The notes beneath the pieces are model-generated. The model did not search any database. It was given only the letters and a program-made list of their open reading frames with translations, and had not been told where the DNA came from. The position numbers and the translations under genes are program-made. From NCBI GenBank assembly GCA_026914245.1, contig CP110440.1:3720001-3784000 (forward strand): a stretch of DNA of 64,000 nucleotides, in the 5' to 3' direction. This DNA comes from Puccinia triticina. Lineage: Eukaryota. Positions 45,439 through 57,000 of this stretch are shown here, in pieces; positions within the stretch are counted from its first letter, which is position 1, and every line of letters starts with the position of its first letter.

Positions 45439-45924
45439 CTTTCTAGCACAGCTTGGCAGCACTCTTCTGAAGAGGTAGCTTAGCCTGTGGACGTGCATTC
45501 CCACCATAATAACCTTGAATATCTTCTTATCCTGACTCAGCTCTGTTTTCTCTTTCTCTTTCTCTCTCTCTCTTAATTGTATTTTCTTTATCCAAAGAAA
45601 TCCAATTATTCCGCCCTTTCTTTCTTGTGTCCTGCTGTCACTAAAGAGACTCAGGCTCACATTTTTGGTAAAATTAAAATCCCCACTCCCGTTTGGGATC
45701 GCAGAATTACAATTTTGACTCCCAAAACACCCCCGGGTCAAAATTTGGTCATGAGGACCTGGGGGAGACGTTGCAACACAAACTCCTTTTGGGAGTCGAT
45801 TTTTTAATTTGTGGGAGTCAATTTCTCAACCCCCTCAATTAAACACATGGGAAATTCAGTGTTTATCATGTGAGTCCCACATGAAACTCAGTATCTCACC
45901 TGAACACCCACAAACATATTGTGA

Positions 45925-47734
45925 TAGAGAATTTCAAAACAGACCCGGGTATGATTTACACCACCATTACCCGCGTGTTTTTTTCTAAAAACGGGCACCT
46001 GGCACTGCATCTGGTACCGCCTGGCGGGTACCAGCGGTCTTTTTGGCGGTTACCAGTGGTACCCGCAGTGGTTTTTTTTTCATCAAACCTCACTTCAAAG
46101 CCCCTGTCTTGATGGACAAAAAAGACCGGTCATCAAGAGGACATTCACACAGTCCCTTGATAGACGGCAAAGACCGGTCATCAAGAGGACATTCACACAG
46201 TCCCTTGATGGACAGCAAAGACCGGTCATCAAGAGGACATTCACACAGTCCCTGGATGTACCGCAAAGACCGGTCATCATGAGGACATTCAAACAGTCCC
46301 TTGATGGCCGGTCAGTGCCGGGTATCAAGAGCAGTGTATGCTTGGATAGCCGGTAAGACTGCCGTCCCTTCTCAATGAGTGGTGTGACTGGCTGTCAAGG
46401 TGGCCATCAGAGGAGTGTCCTCTTGATGACCAGCTAGAGAGGAGCATCTATGTACTCCTCTCTAGCTGGTAATCAACAGGAACATGTAATCCTCTTGAAG
46501 ACCAGCTATAGGGGAGTATGCATGTACTCCTCTTGACTAGAGATGGCCAAACGGGTCCGGGTACTTGCTGTGAATTTGTCCAATTTTGGACACCCGGACC
46601 CGGACACGGCACCCGCCGACGGGTACTGGCAGTACTTGAGGCAGGTACCGCGGGTACCGCACTGGTGACCAATTGAGTGGGGTATGTACACACCCCTCTT
46701 GATGACCGCACATTGAGCGGGGTGCACATCCCACTCGATGACCGGCCATCGAGTGGGGGTGTAGGCCGGTCATCGAGCAGAGTACACACCCCGCTCAGTG
46801 GCCGGCCATTGTGATCACCCCACTCGATGTCCGGTCATCACGTGGGATGTGGAGGTGTGTACTCCGCTCAACGATGGCCGGTCATTGGGGTGTGTACTCC
46901 ACTCAATGACCGTTCATCAAGAGGGGTGTGTACTTGGTGACCGGTCAATGGTCATTGAGTGCGCATCCCACTCGATGGCTGGTCATGGAGTGCACCGGCC
47001 ATCAAGTGAGATGTGTATCCCGCTTGATGTCCGGTCATCAAGCGGGGCGTGTACTCCGCTTGATGTCCGGTCATCAAGCAGGGTGTGTACCCCACTCGAT
47101 GGCCGGCCATCCACTGCTGACATTGGCGGGTACCTGTTTGGTACCCGGGTACCCGGTGATTTTCCGGCCCAAATTGCATACCCGGACCCGTACACAGCAC
47201 CTGCGGACGGGTACTTGAAGGGCAGTGGCGGGTACCCGCCAACGGGTGCCGGGTACCGCCAAACGGGTACCCACTGGCCATCTCTACTCTTGACAATCAG
47301 CTAGAGGGGCCTTTCTAGTTTATCATTGAGAGGAGTACATATTTCCTCTTGGAAACCAGCTAGAGAAGAGCATGTACTCTCTAACAGTTGGTCATCGAGA
47401 GGAGTTACTCCTCTTGACAACCGGCTTTGACCGGTTGTTCAGAAAAGTAAATACACCTCTTGCAATGGCCTGCTGTATCAGTGGCAATCCAAGCTGCTCT
47501 CAATGGCCAAATGACCAGTCACCAAGAGAATTTTTTGGTTCTGAACACACTTATGATGGCCGGCCAAAGGTGGCCCTGGGCTGGGCTACCCGGTCCCCCA
47601 ACCGGGGATGGGCAGTACCTGGGTACCGCACCGCTTTTTGCCAAAATAACGGGCACCTGGCACCGCCTGGCGGGTGTGGGGCGGGTGCGGGTGGTACCTG
47701 CTCACAGGTGCCGGGTACCGGTTGACATTCTCTA
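45925..47734. mobile_element. Non-autonomous hAT-like element containing a nested hAT element
   Basis: TIR TAGAGAATTTCAA / TTGACATTCTCTA (12/13 match). The 8-bp TSD TATTGTGA lies at 45917-45924 and 47735-47742. A 48-bp tandem repeat occupies 46108-46305. Confidence 0.88.
46538..47286. mobile_element. Non-autonomous hAT-like element (749 bp) nested in the previous element
   Basis: TIR TAGAGATGGCCA / TGGCCATCTCTA. The 8-bp TSD CTCTTGAC lies at 46530-46537 and 47287-47294. Confidence 0.92.
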
Positions 47735-48270
47735 TATTGTGACCATCAAGACAGGTGAAATGAGAAAAAAATTAAATAAGAGACAAGACTAAAGCAAAAT
47801 ATGGGACTAACAGTTTTAGGGAATAAAGCCATTAAGTTTGGCAATCTTCCTTCTCTTGAGTTGTGTTGTTGTTGTTTTCCTTTTTTCAGATTCACTAGTA
47901 GCGGTAGCAGTTGTAGCAGCAGTAGAGGTAGCAGTTTCAGCGGCTGAATTTTTGGGCCTTGATGTTCTCTTTTTTGAAGTTTCATTCCTTCCTTTGGTGG
48001 TTTAAATTTATTACATTTCTGGAGAGGGTGTTCTTGGTGGAGGACTAGGAGCAAATGAGTTTTATCCCCCATACTGCTTGATGCACAAATCCAATGTTAA
48101 ACACTGCAGAAACTACATGTTAGATTGGACAAAAGTATCCGATTAGTAGCTGGAAAGATGTTGTCCAATGAGTTAGGCAATCTGTACGGTCTAGATTATG
48201 GAACTTGTCAGACAAAGTCACAAACTCTGCCCAACAACTGCTTGGACAATACTATCTGAACAATTAGTAC

Positions 48271-48660
48271 AACAGAGGGTAGTTGCGTTACAGATAACAG
48301 CAATGTAACACCAACATAACAAATTTCTGGTTGTTACCGTTACAGTTACTCATAATGGCAGTGTTTTATGCTATCAAACAAATTCAAGACATTCTTCTTT
48401 ACACAAGTTACGTTGTTGGAGCGCGTGGTGCACCAGATAACAAGTAAAAATTAGGCTAAAAATGGCATTTTTTTTGCTAGGTGTTGTGTTATCCATAGGA
48501 TAATGCTGGTAATGGCCTAAAAAAATGTGGCACTTTATGCTACATGCGAGGCAAAAAAAGACCGCATTACTAGTAACTTAATGGGCTGCAGCGCGTAACA
48601 AGGATAGTTAGGTTACAAAAATCATGGGGATAACGTAGCGTAACATAACTACCCTCCGTT
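48271..48660. mobile_element. Probable MITE, superfamily unclear
   Basis: Imperfect TIR AACAGAGGGTAGTTGCGTTAC / GTAACATAACTACCCTCCGTT with internal GTTAC/GTAAC motifs. No clear TSD. Confidence 0.45.
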
Positions 48661-48864
48661 AGTTAGTCTGCACAGTGAGACGGACACATTTCATATGTCA
48701 GAATCGCCAGCTTTATTCGAGACAATGTCATATTGAAGGCTTGGAATGTCACTAGAAATCTAGACAAACTGGCCTTCAAAGATGATTATTACACATACGG
48801 AGACTAAAAGTAATTGTACCCAGAACAAGCTAACTTTGTAAAGAATTTTTTCTCCCGACTCTTA

Positions 48865-49947
48865 TCATGTAGGGAAGAATATTTCATAGGCATCCAAGAG
48901 TCTTTTAATGGCTACAGAAAACTCAGTCTTCCACATAATCAACCAGGTCATGAAGTGTTTTTGAGCTGAGAAGCTGCTGTTGTCCGCGATCATTGGAACA
49001 ATATGGAGGCTCATGGAAAATAAGGAAGCATCGAGTTTGGCTCTGAGACTGTGGACTAAATTAACAAAATAGCTATGATTTAGATGCACAACATTTGGTT
49101 CCAACAAATGCTCTAAATAAACCACCAAGTGGCCAAGGTTGGATGCGGCATGTTTAGGCGAGTTAGTGAGTTCATACAGCTCATGGGGCGACATCTTCGT
49201 AAACAGGGGCCATTTGTTATTCATGCCAAGTCGCGACAACTTCCGGAAAAAAAGTCTCGCAAGTTTCATGATTGGGATGAGCAATTCATCCAGATGGACA
49301 GCCATTTTTCTGAGGGGATGCAACATTTCGCGTCCGCCGTGGGTGTACGGATTGATCAAGCTCAAGAGGTTTGCTAGTGATTCATCAAGAGTCTTTGTAT
49401 GCGATGGCCAATCATATTGAACGATGTCGATTTCAGAATCTTTGAGGCCGTGAATAACCGAATCGATCAACTCCACGGCATCCGACGTAAGTTCGACCGC
49501 CTTAATGTTGAACCAATTTAATTGTTTTCTGAAATTGCAATCTTTGGCTGGGTGTTTCAGATGTTGACTAAGTTCATAGCACTTATGATAGGCGTGACTG
49601 ATTGTATCTTGCATTCGCTGAAGGACAAACAAAGTGTGTTCAATCTTGGAAATTCTGTAGTGTTTGAGTTCGTTGTCGTGCTGGTTATTGGTCTTGACAT
49701 TGTGTAGTATAAATCGTCCCTTTGGAAAAACGGTCTGACTTGCACGTTAGATTTGGTCCCAACATTCATCAAGTGCCGGTTTACGGTCTTCCATAAGCTT
49801 GAGCATCGAGTGAGGTCCTTCCAGCAAATCGCCTAGCTTGATCAGTTCATCCCTTAGTTTTGGGAGAAGGTTCGAACGCAGTTGAAGCAAGGCGTCTTTC
49901 GCCCAAGTGATAGGCGCGTCAGGTGTCTGTCTCTGGTCGGTCTCGGC
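48865..49947 (-). pseudogene. Helical protein of a probably rust-expanded multigene family, with one in-frame stop
   Basis: One continuous frame ...LLQLRSNLLPKLRDELIKL...WDQI*RASQ...HDNELKHYR...IPIMKLARLFFRKLS..., with TAA at 49747-49749. The family assignment is from recollection and is unverified. Confidence 0.55.
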
Positions 49948-50420
49948 TGATCAGATCAAACCCAAGCAAGTTTTTGGTTAATCGAGTAGAGTGGCAAGAT
50001 GATTGTTGAGAGGAGAGGATAGTGCACATAGTCGAGATGTAAATGGGGAAATCTGGGTGAGGAGATGACTAACTACGAGTCCAAATCTCCAAAAAGTCCA
50101 TCTCTCCCCAGCACGACCAGGACAGCAGTTGCGTAATGCGATCTATTTAGTTATAACTCAGAAGAAGGATTTATAACTGAGGAGAAGGTGGTATTTATTC
50201 ATCAGAAAGGGACACCCGGATTGAATACGAACCCGATATTTATGTAGCTAGACCAACCTTAAGGTGACTTCGAAGGAACAGTTGCTTGCCAACCGCTCCC
50301 GGTGCCGGTCGTCTCGAGCTCAACTTCCTCTCCGACGGGAGGCACTTGTGTTAAGTTCGCGGTCCTCCATGGCCGGGGGCCCCGCGGCTTCCAGACATCC
50401 CGGGTGTATGTATGCACCGC

Positions 50421-52180
50421 ATGAGTCCGCTGGCTCTGCTCATTCCTGAAGACCTTGGTAACCCGATGGACATCCTCACCGACGACCCGGCCTACTCGAC
50501 CTTCCTGCACCGCTACCTGCTCCCGAACCGGCCGGTGCTGATCCGCTCGAGGACGGTGCTGGGATGGCCGGCAATCACCCGCTGGACCGCGCCGGCTGGG
50601 CAGGAGGAGCCGAGCGCCGCCGGAGAGCGGCGCGCAGACCTGCCCGGCCTCGCTCAGACGTACGGCCACCTCGAAGTCCCGGTGGTCAAGCAAACGATCC
50701 GCTCGGCGTGCCCCGATCACCAGCCCGGGGCGCAGGCGTGTCGCTGTTCTCTGGACTGGGGTAGACGCATCTCGGGCCAGGTGGATGCCTCGATGACTTT
50801 CAGCCAGGTCGCCGCGCATTGGGAGCAGAAACTCAGGTGCCTGGATCGCGTCGATCAGCAAGAAGGCCCGGCGACACTTGAAGATGAAGTGATATACGTG
50901 AAGGACTGGCATTTGATCCGAATGCACTCGCTCCAGCAGGACGATCACGAGGCAGAAACGCGCCGGGAAGGACAAAAACCGGCTCCATTTTACAGGGTGC
51001 CCGAGATATTTATGGACGACTGGATGAACGAGTGGGTCGTTTGCTTCGATCGCCAGGACATCTTTCTATTCGAATGGAGCCGACCTGATTCCGACCAGCT
51101 ATTACTCGGCAGAAACAGACGATGATTTCCGATTCGTGTATATGGGCGAGCGGGGCACGACGACTGGGCTGCATACGGACGTCTGTGAGCCACCCCAAGA
51201 CGCCTTGCCATGTCTGCTTCGCCATCCGACGGGCTTCTGACCATCTGAACCGGACGGCACACCCGCGACTGGCTTGCACAGATAACTCGTACTCTTGGTC
51301 TGCAAACATCGTCGGCAAAAAGAGATGGAGGCTGTTCAGTCCTGAGAGTGCGGAGAGCATCACTGTCGAGCAATCTCCCGGGGAAATCATCTTCGTGTAA
51401 GAGGCTCAATCAAATGACACTGCAGTCGGTCGTCGAACAATAATTCTCTTTGCCTTGTCGCTGGCCGCTTCGATCACGCAGGCCGAGTGGATGGAGACAC
51501 GAAGTCCTGAACATCTCTCCTCTAGTGATCAGCATCAACCACAAGTAAGCACCTGAATCCGTTCCTCCCCCTTCTCGTTAACATGCGCTCTAAAGGCTGG
51601 CTATGCGCCTGGCTTTGGAAGCTGGTGCAATTCTGTGAATCTGCCGTCAGTGTATGACGCCTTGGCGAAGGACATCGAGGACGTGAAGCGATCGATCGCA
51701 GATGTCAAAGACTTGCTGAGGAACAAGTGGGCCGCGCAACTGCCAGACAGCTCCGCGGGCCCAGGGAACCCTGCTGGTGCAGGATGGGAGCTCGAGTGGA
51801 TCGAAGTCGTCCAAGAGTTAACCAAGCAGCACTCGGGCTGGAAGTCAGTCCCTCTATCTCAGAGCTCTTTCATCCTGTCCCAGCCAATGCTTGATCCTAT
51901 TCCAGAAACTGTAAGAGGACTTATCCTTCGTTGGGCCGTTTCTAGCTGGACCACATTTTGGGGGATGGTCCAATTCATCACCCGGCGCGACTTTAACGAG
52001 GGCTCTACATCGCTGCGCTCCGATCAACCCGTCCCCACTCACTCCCCTCCGCTGGAGTTTGTCAAGGCCCAGATCAGCTCCTGTGTTGCCAAGTTCAAGA
52101 CGAGGGACGAGTTCATGTTGGATACGAAATTGGGGCTGATCATCCAGGACATCGAGTCTTGTCTGTCAATGCTCAGATAG
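50421..52180 (+). CDS. JMJD4: JmjC-domain 2OG/Fe(II) oxygenase, JMJD4-like (multi-exon)
   Basis: Motifs FLHRYLLPNRPVLI, YVKDWHL, FMDDWMNE, DDFRFVYMG, GLHTDV (HxD), YSWSANIVGKKRW, QSPGEIIFVPSGWRHEV and ISINH across GT-AG introns. Confidence 0.85.
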
Positions 52181-52660
52181 TGTCCCATGAGGTTGACAGA
52201 AATACCAACTATCCTTCATGCGCCGTTTGCCAAACTCAATTTGCCTGCCGCAACGCTGCATGGTGTTTTTTGTTGTCTGATCGGCCGGGAGGAATGCCTC
52301 GCGCCGACCATGTTTCCTCCTAAATGATCGGACTGAACAACAAGCCAGCCCGGGAGGAAGCCCTCCCTGGTTGCAAACGCACCATCACCTCGGCAAGCAC
52401 CCGCTAAGAAAATGACTCGTGACATTCGCCTTTTGTTGCAAGTGGTGCCCTGGTCAACTACACCCTCTTTTGTGGACAAAGTCAAATTTATCTGGGTCCA
52501 TATCTGACCGAAACCTATGCGGTTATGCCACAATCAAATAGGTTTTGCCCTCTTTTCTCGATAACAATATCAGAGAGCCGAGAACGGCCCTCCCCTATTT
52601 AACGATCTTGAATGGGAAAACCACGCAGAACAAAGCATGGGATGGGGTGATTGTGTGTGT

Positions 52661-53761
52661 TCAGGTCGGATTGGGATCGACGGATGGATCGGCGGCGCGC
52701 TCGGCCAGCTCCTCCTGTCCAAGGCGAGACAGAAAAAAAAGCGCAAAGGGGGACTAATCCATCAGTGTTTTGGGGCAGGAAAGTGGGAGGGGGGGGGGGG
52801 GGAGTGAGGAGTGCGCACTTTGGTCAGGAACCTTCCCCGGGGTCCTCGCGGTCTCCGGACGGCATGTTTGTGGCGCGATTCGTGGAGATAAGGCTATGGT
52901 GGGAAAGGAACGAGGATGAGAGGCGGTGAGAAGGGGATGAGGGATTGTGGAGGGAGAAGGACGGACCTGACGTTCGCGGGACAAGCGGCCCATTTCCTCG
53001 AGTCTGGCGCGGGCGAGCCGACGCTTGATGATGCGCTCGTACTGCTTCGGGTTCACGAACACCGGGCGCTCGGTGTTGTTGAGGCCGCGGACCGGCAGCC
53101 CGGCGACGCCCGGCTTGTCGCGCATGACGAGCTCGGACGAGGAGGGTGGAGGAGTCTGGGCGGCCGCCGGGGACGGGGGGGCCCCAGCTGGCCCTGCCTC
53201 TTCTTCTTCTTCTGCTTCCTCCTTCGGGTCGAGCTCGAATGGATGGCCTCCCGTTGGACTGTCGGGATCCGCCACCAGCGCCTCGTCCTCGGACTCGATC
53301 TTCACAAGCTCGTCCTCTGCGATCCTGCGGATCTGCCACTCCTCGTCTTCTTCTTCTTTTGCGCATTGGTGCTCGTCGTCGATGTCTTCGTCTTCAGCGA
53401 GAGTGTGAGCGCGTTCGGAGTGGCTGAGGGGGATGAAGGGGGTATGGGTGCCGCGCATCGCGGCCTGGACGGCGGCTTTGCGTTCCTCGTCGACATCCTC
53501 GTCGTCCTCCTCGTCATCGTCGTCCTCCTCGTCCTCGTCCTCGTCGTGGTGGTCGTCGGAGGGGAGATAGCCGAAGGGGGTGGGGTATGGACGGGCGCTG
53601 GGGGCGGGGGCCGGGTGGAGGAAGTCGTCGAAGCCGAGGATCGGGTGCTCGTCCCGTGCGCGCCCGTGTTCGGCCGCCGACTGCAGATGGCTCAGCAGCT
53701 CCTCCAGCTCCGAGTTCTCCCCTCCGTCGCCGGTCCATCCCCGCGAGTAGTCGCTGCTCAT
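52661..53761 (-). CDS. HAP2: CCAAT-binding factor subunit Hap2/NF-YA (3 exons); start codon approximate
   Basis: After splicing it reads VFVNPKQYERIIKRRLARARLE ... PYLHESRHKHAVRRPRGPRGRFLTK. The last exon EELAERAADPSVDPNPT* ends at 52661. Confidence 0.9.
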
Positions 53762-54088
53762 CTCCCTCGACTCGTTCCGCGTCCAACGGCTCGCACCCGT
53801 TCCTTGCCGGTACCGAGCACAGTTTCCGTGTATCTTCTCGCGAGTCCAATGGCCTTCGCGTGCTGGGGCGAGATGCGGTGTGGGAGCATCTCGAAAGTAC
53901 AACGCAGCCGGCCAGTGTTAAAGACGCCTCGGGGATCCGAGCATGAGCTCTGGGCTGCCCTCATCCCCCGCCCCGACCCCCGGGATACACTCGGCCCGGA
54001 AGCCCTCCAGCCATCAGCAACATCGATTCGCCACCCAGCCCGGCATTGCACATATCTTCTCGCTCGAATCGCACAAGCAGCACGTCGA

Positions 54089-57000
54089 ATGTCGCGTCAA
54101 TCGCCCCCAGCCACCCGTCGGAGGAACAAACAAGCCCTGCCTCTGGGCGAGCAGATCAACTTGGCCATGAAAAACGTCAACATCTCACTCTCCAAGCTTT
54201 CCACGATCCGGCAGACCGGCTGGAAGGCCCCATCCATCCTCGCTGACCCGGGAAGCACGACCTCGAAAAAACCTGCAAGGGAGCCAAGCAGCATTGCGCC
54301 CGATTGCACGCTGGAAGAAGCTCTCGACGCAATCCTCCAAGGCCACACGGCCACTCAGAACTTACGAAGCTTGATCTCAAACAGTGCTTTTAGCAAGAAA
54401 TCTTACGACGTCGAGCGGGCGGGACTGGCTCTAGTAAACCACGCCATTGAGCTTAAATTGGTACGCGCCAGATAACCTTGCGTGCTTCAGACCAGGGCAG
54501 GTTACTGAAATTTTTCTATTTTAGTACAACTCAGCCCTTCGCCTGCTCGCAGTTGCACACGCCTCTCTGCAGGCCCTGATATCCCGCTTAACCCCAGCTC
54601 TTCCCCCCACGGCCACGCCCAAACCTATCGATCCGTCGCCCATCGCCTCTACATCCTGGCAATCCTATTCGAAAGTCATGTCTTTTCTCACCCCCAACAA
54701 CCACGACGAAGAATCTACACCGCATCTGATTAGCGCGGCCGTGCTGGTCCTCACGGCTGTAGCTCAAGGCTTTCAAGCTTTCCTGAACGGGAACATTGGT
54801 ACAGTCGCATCGGTCTCACGTGGTTCAGCTAGACAAGCCCCGCCCACAGCTCCTGCCGAAAGTACCCAAACCGCTCAAATCCGTGCTGATTGCTGCCTCT
54901 GTGCCCTGGAGTCTTGCAATGCTCTGTTCAAATGGATCGTATCACTACTTGGCGACCACCTTAGCTCTCCTCCAGATGAACTCGTTATCAAGAAGATATT
55001 AGGCGCTGTACAAGCTTGTTATTCAGCGACAGTCAAGGCTTGCTCATCGTGGGAAGATTTATTGGGTATGCCCCTTGATGCCATCAGTCGAGCTCGGTCT
55101 TAAAAGGCTTGTCTTCGAGGATACTCACCCGATCTGCTTTCGATCTATCTGATCAGAACCTCGGCTATTATTCAAATTGCGGAAATCTGCCGTCTTACTA
55201 TTGCTGGCCTGCCAGATCCGCTTGAAAGAACTCGCGCCTGCCGGCACCTCCATGGAACAAGCTCGCAGAACTCTGTTGCTGTACGCCCGATCAAGTCCAC
55301 ACCAACTCTCAGACGTGGTTTCCGAGGCAAGGACTTTTTTCACGCAAATCGTTCAGATTGTTCAAAGTAAAGAAACACCCGATGCGAATTGTGCCACTCG
55401 AAACGCAGGCTGGAGAAGTCTATGCGAGGCGGTGATCGGTTTAGCTCGTAAGATTGGTGATGTTGAACTAGTCAATCAAGCCAGTACATTTTTGTACTCG
55501 ACATCTGAGACTACCTATGACCAATCCAGGGTCACCCCTGATGGGCAACCGTCAAAGGAAGGCAGCGCGTCCGATAAACATGTTGGCTTACTACTACTCA
55601 AGATTACTGCCACCAGCACCGCACTTGATCTATATTTGAAGACTGCAGAAGGTATGACGGTAATTCTCCTTACGCTTACGCGCCAATCCATCAGATCACT
55701 GACATCATTAATGTTATTGGAACCCCAGACAAGGAAACCGCGAACCAACTGGAAAAATCAACGCTCACACTCGCCGCCTTGGGCCACCAACGCGCTACGA
55801 TGTCAACAGAGCAGCATCAAAAAATGAACATTTTCATTGACAAATTACGGCGAGCATGCGCGCGGGCGCTCAGAAAAGCTACGGCTAATGACGGATCACC
55901 TCCTACAAGCGACGTTTACACAGCGTGCGCTAGAGTTTCCCAAGCCATCATCGATTTATGGCTCAAAGATATTGAACGGCCAGCCGACAAGCCCGTTTTG
56001 GATCCTGCGATTCTCTCGATGATGATAACCGGCACGGCGGAAACTTTGATTGCCTTGGCTGAAAGCTCGTTTCAACTAAACTCGCCCGATTCGCATCACA
56101 AAGCTTTGAAACACTTGAGCCAATGTGCACCGTTGCTGCAGTTGTTGCCTGAGCCTGATGTATCGGTGATCAGATGTCTTACCTCGACATATTATAACAC
56201 CGGTGTAGCATTGTATCAGGCCGACAAGCTAGCAATGGCAATCAATTTTGTCAGACCGTCGTGCGAGCTTCCTAGCAGATTCTTCAAAATCCTTCAAACC
56301 GACGCGGTTCCACCAACATGGAGCCATTATGATGATGCGAATGGAGAGCTTGAAGTTCTGAAAAGACAGTTGCTCAAGCGCTGGGAACTTCTCGCTATAT
56401 GCTACCTCCAGATAGATAAATCACAATCCTACCAAGCCTACGTCTCGGCCGTTGCATCTCATTCCGAAGTAGACTTCAGGACTCTTGGAAAGATAGCTGA
56501 TGATGGTTCCGGCCCCCAGTGCGCAGTTGATGCACTGCCAGGTCTGTGTAAACTAGTGCAGCGAGTAACGTGGTTGGCCGCTTGCGACATGCTTCTACCA
56601 ATGTCCAAATGTAGTCTTCTCGAAAGCTTGGCACCGAATCAACTATCAAGTTCAGAAATCGGGGCGATTTTAGAGCTCCAGCTACAGTATCTCTACCAAA
56701 ACACTCGCAAGAGCGAATGTCGTTTGGCTCTCAAAGCAATCTTGGATGACTGTTCCCAGATTTATCAACCCGCGGCCCATCCTTTTCGGAGGGCCAGAAC
56801 GCTGATCCGGCTGATGGAATGGCACGTCAGCATGAGCACAGAATCCAAGTCCGGTTCCACTTTCCAAATCTTGAAGCAACTATTGGCCGAAGTCTCAGAC
56901 CTACTCGATACGTCCAACTCGGGCCTCGATGATTGCTTCAAGCCTTACGCTCAACAATTTCACGCTCTGGCTTACATGTGGCTGGCAGTATGTTCCCAGT

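Larger units (their letters stand above)
23207..45661 (+). mobile_element. Solo LTR (~957 bp: 23207-23380 + 44009-44576 + 45447-45661) split by a giant CACTA element and a hAT element
   Basis: Starts TGTCAGCCTTAGAGTCAA and ends GGCTCACA. The 5-bp TSD TTTTT lies at 23202-23206 and 45662-45666. It is colinear with the reverse complement of the LTR at 1538-3252. Confidence 0.88.
21732..45834. mobile_element. MULE-like foldback element (~1.64 kb when reconstructed); right arm split by nested insertions
   Basis: Left arm ~21732-22535; inverted right arm ~22585-23206 continuing at 45667-45834. Termini GGGGGTTGAGAAATTGA ... TCAATTTCTCAACCCCC. The 8-bp TSD TCAATTAA lies at 21724-21731 and 45835-45842. 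The arms contain 159-bp subrepeats. Confidence 0.88.

Noticed and set aside
46108..46305. CRISPR-like array (48-bp period)
   Set aside because: The variable part is only ~10 nt and is related between units. It lies in a hAT element in a eukaryote and no cas genes are present.
50259..50975. 238-aa minus-strand ORF
   Set aside because: It is antisense to the GC-rich first exon of the JMJD4-like gene and has no recognisable motifs.
52916..54088. First part of the 519-aa plus-strand ORF
   Set aside because: It is an antisense shadow of GC-rich HAP2. Only the part from 54089 is coding, as separase exon 1.
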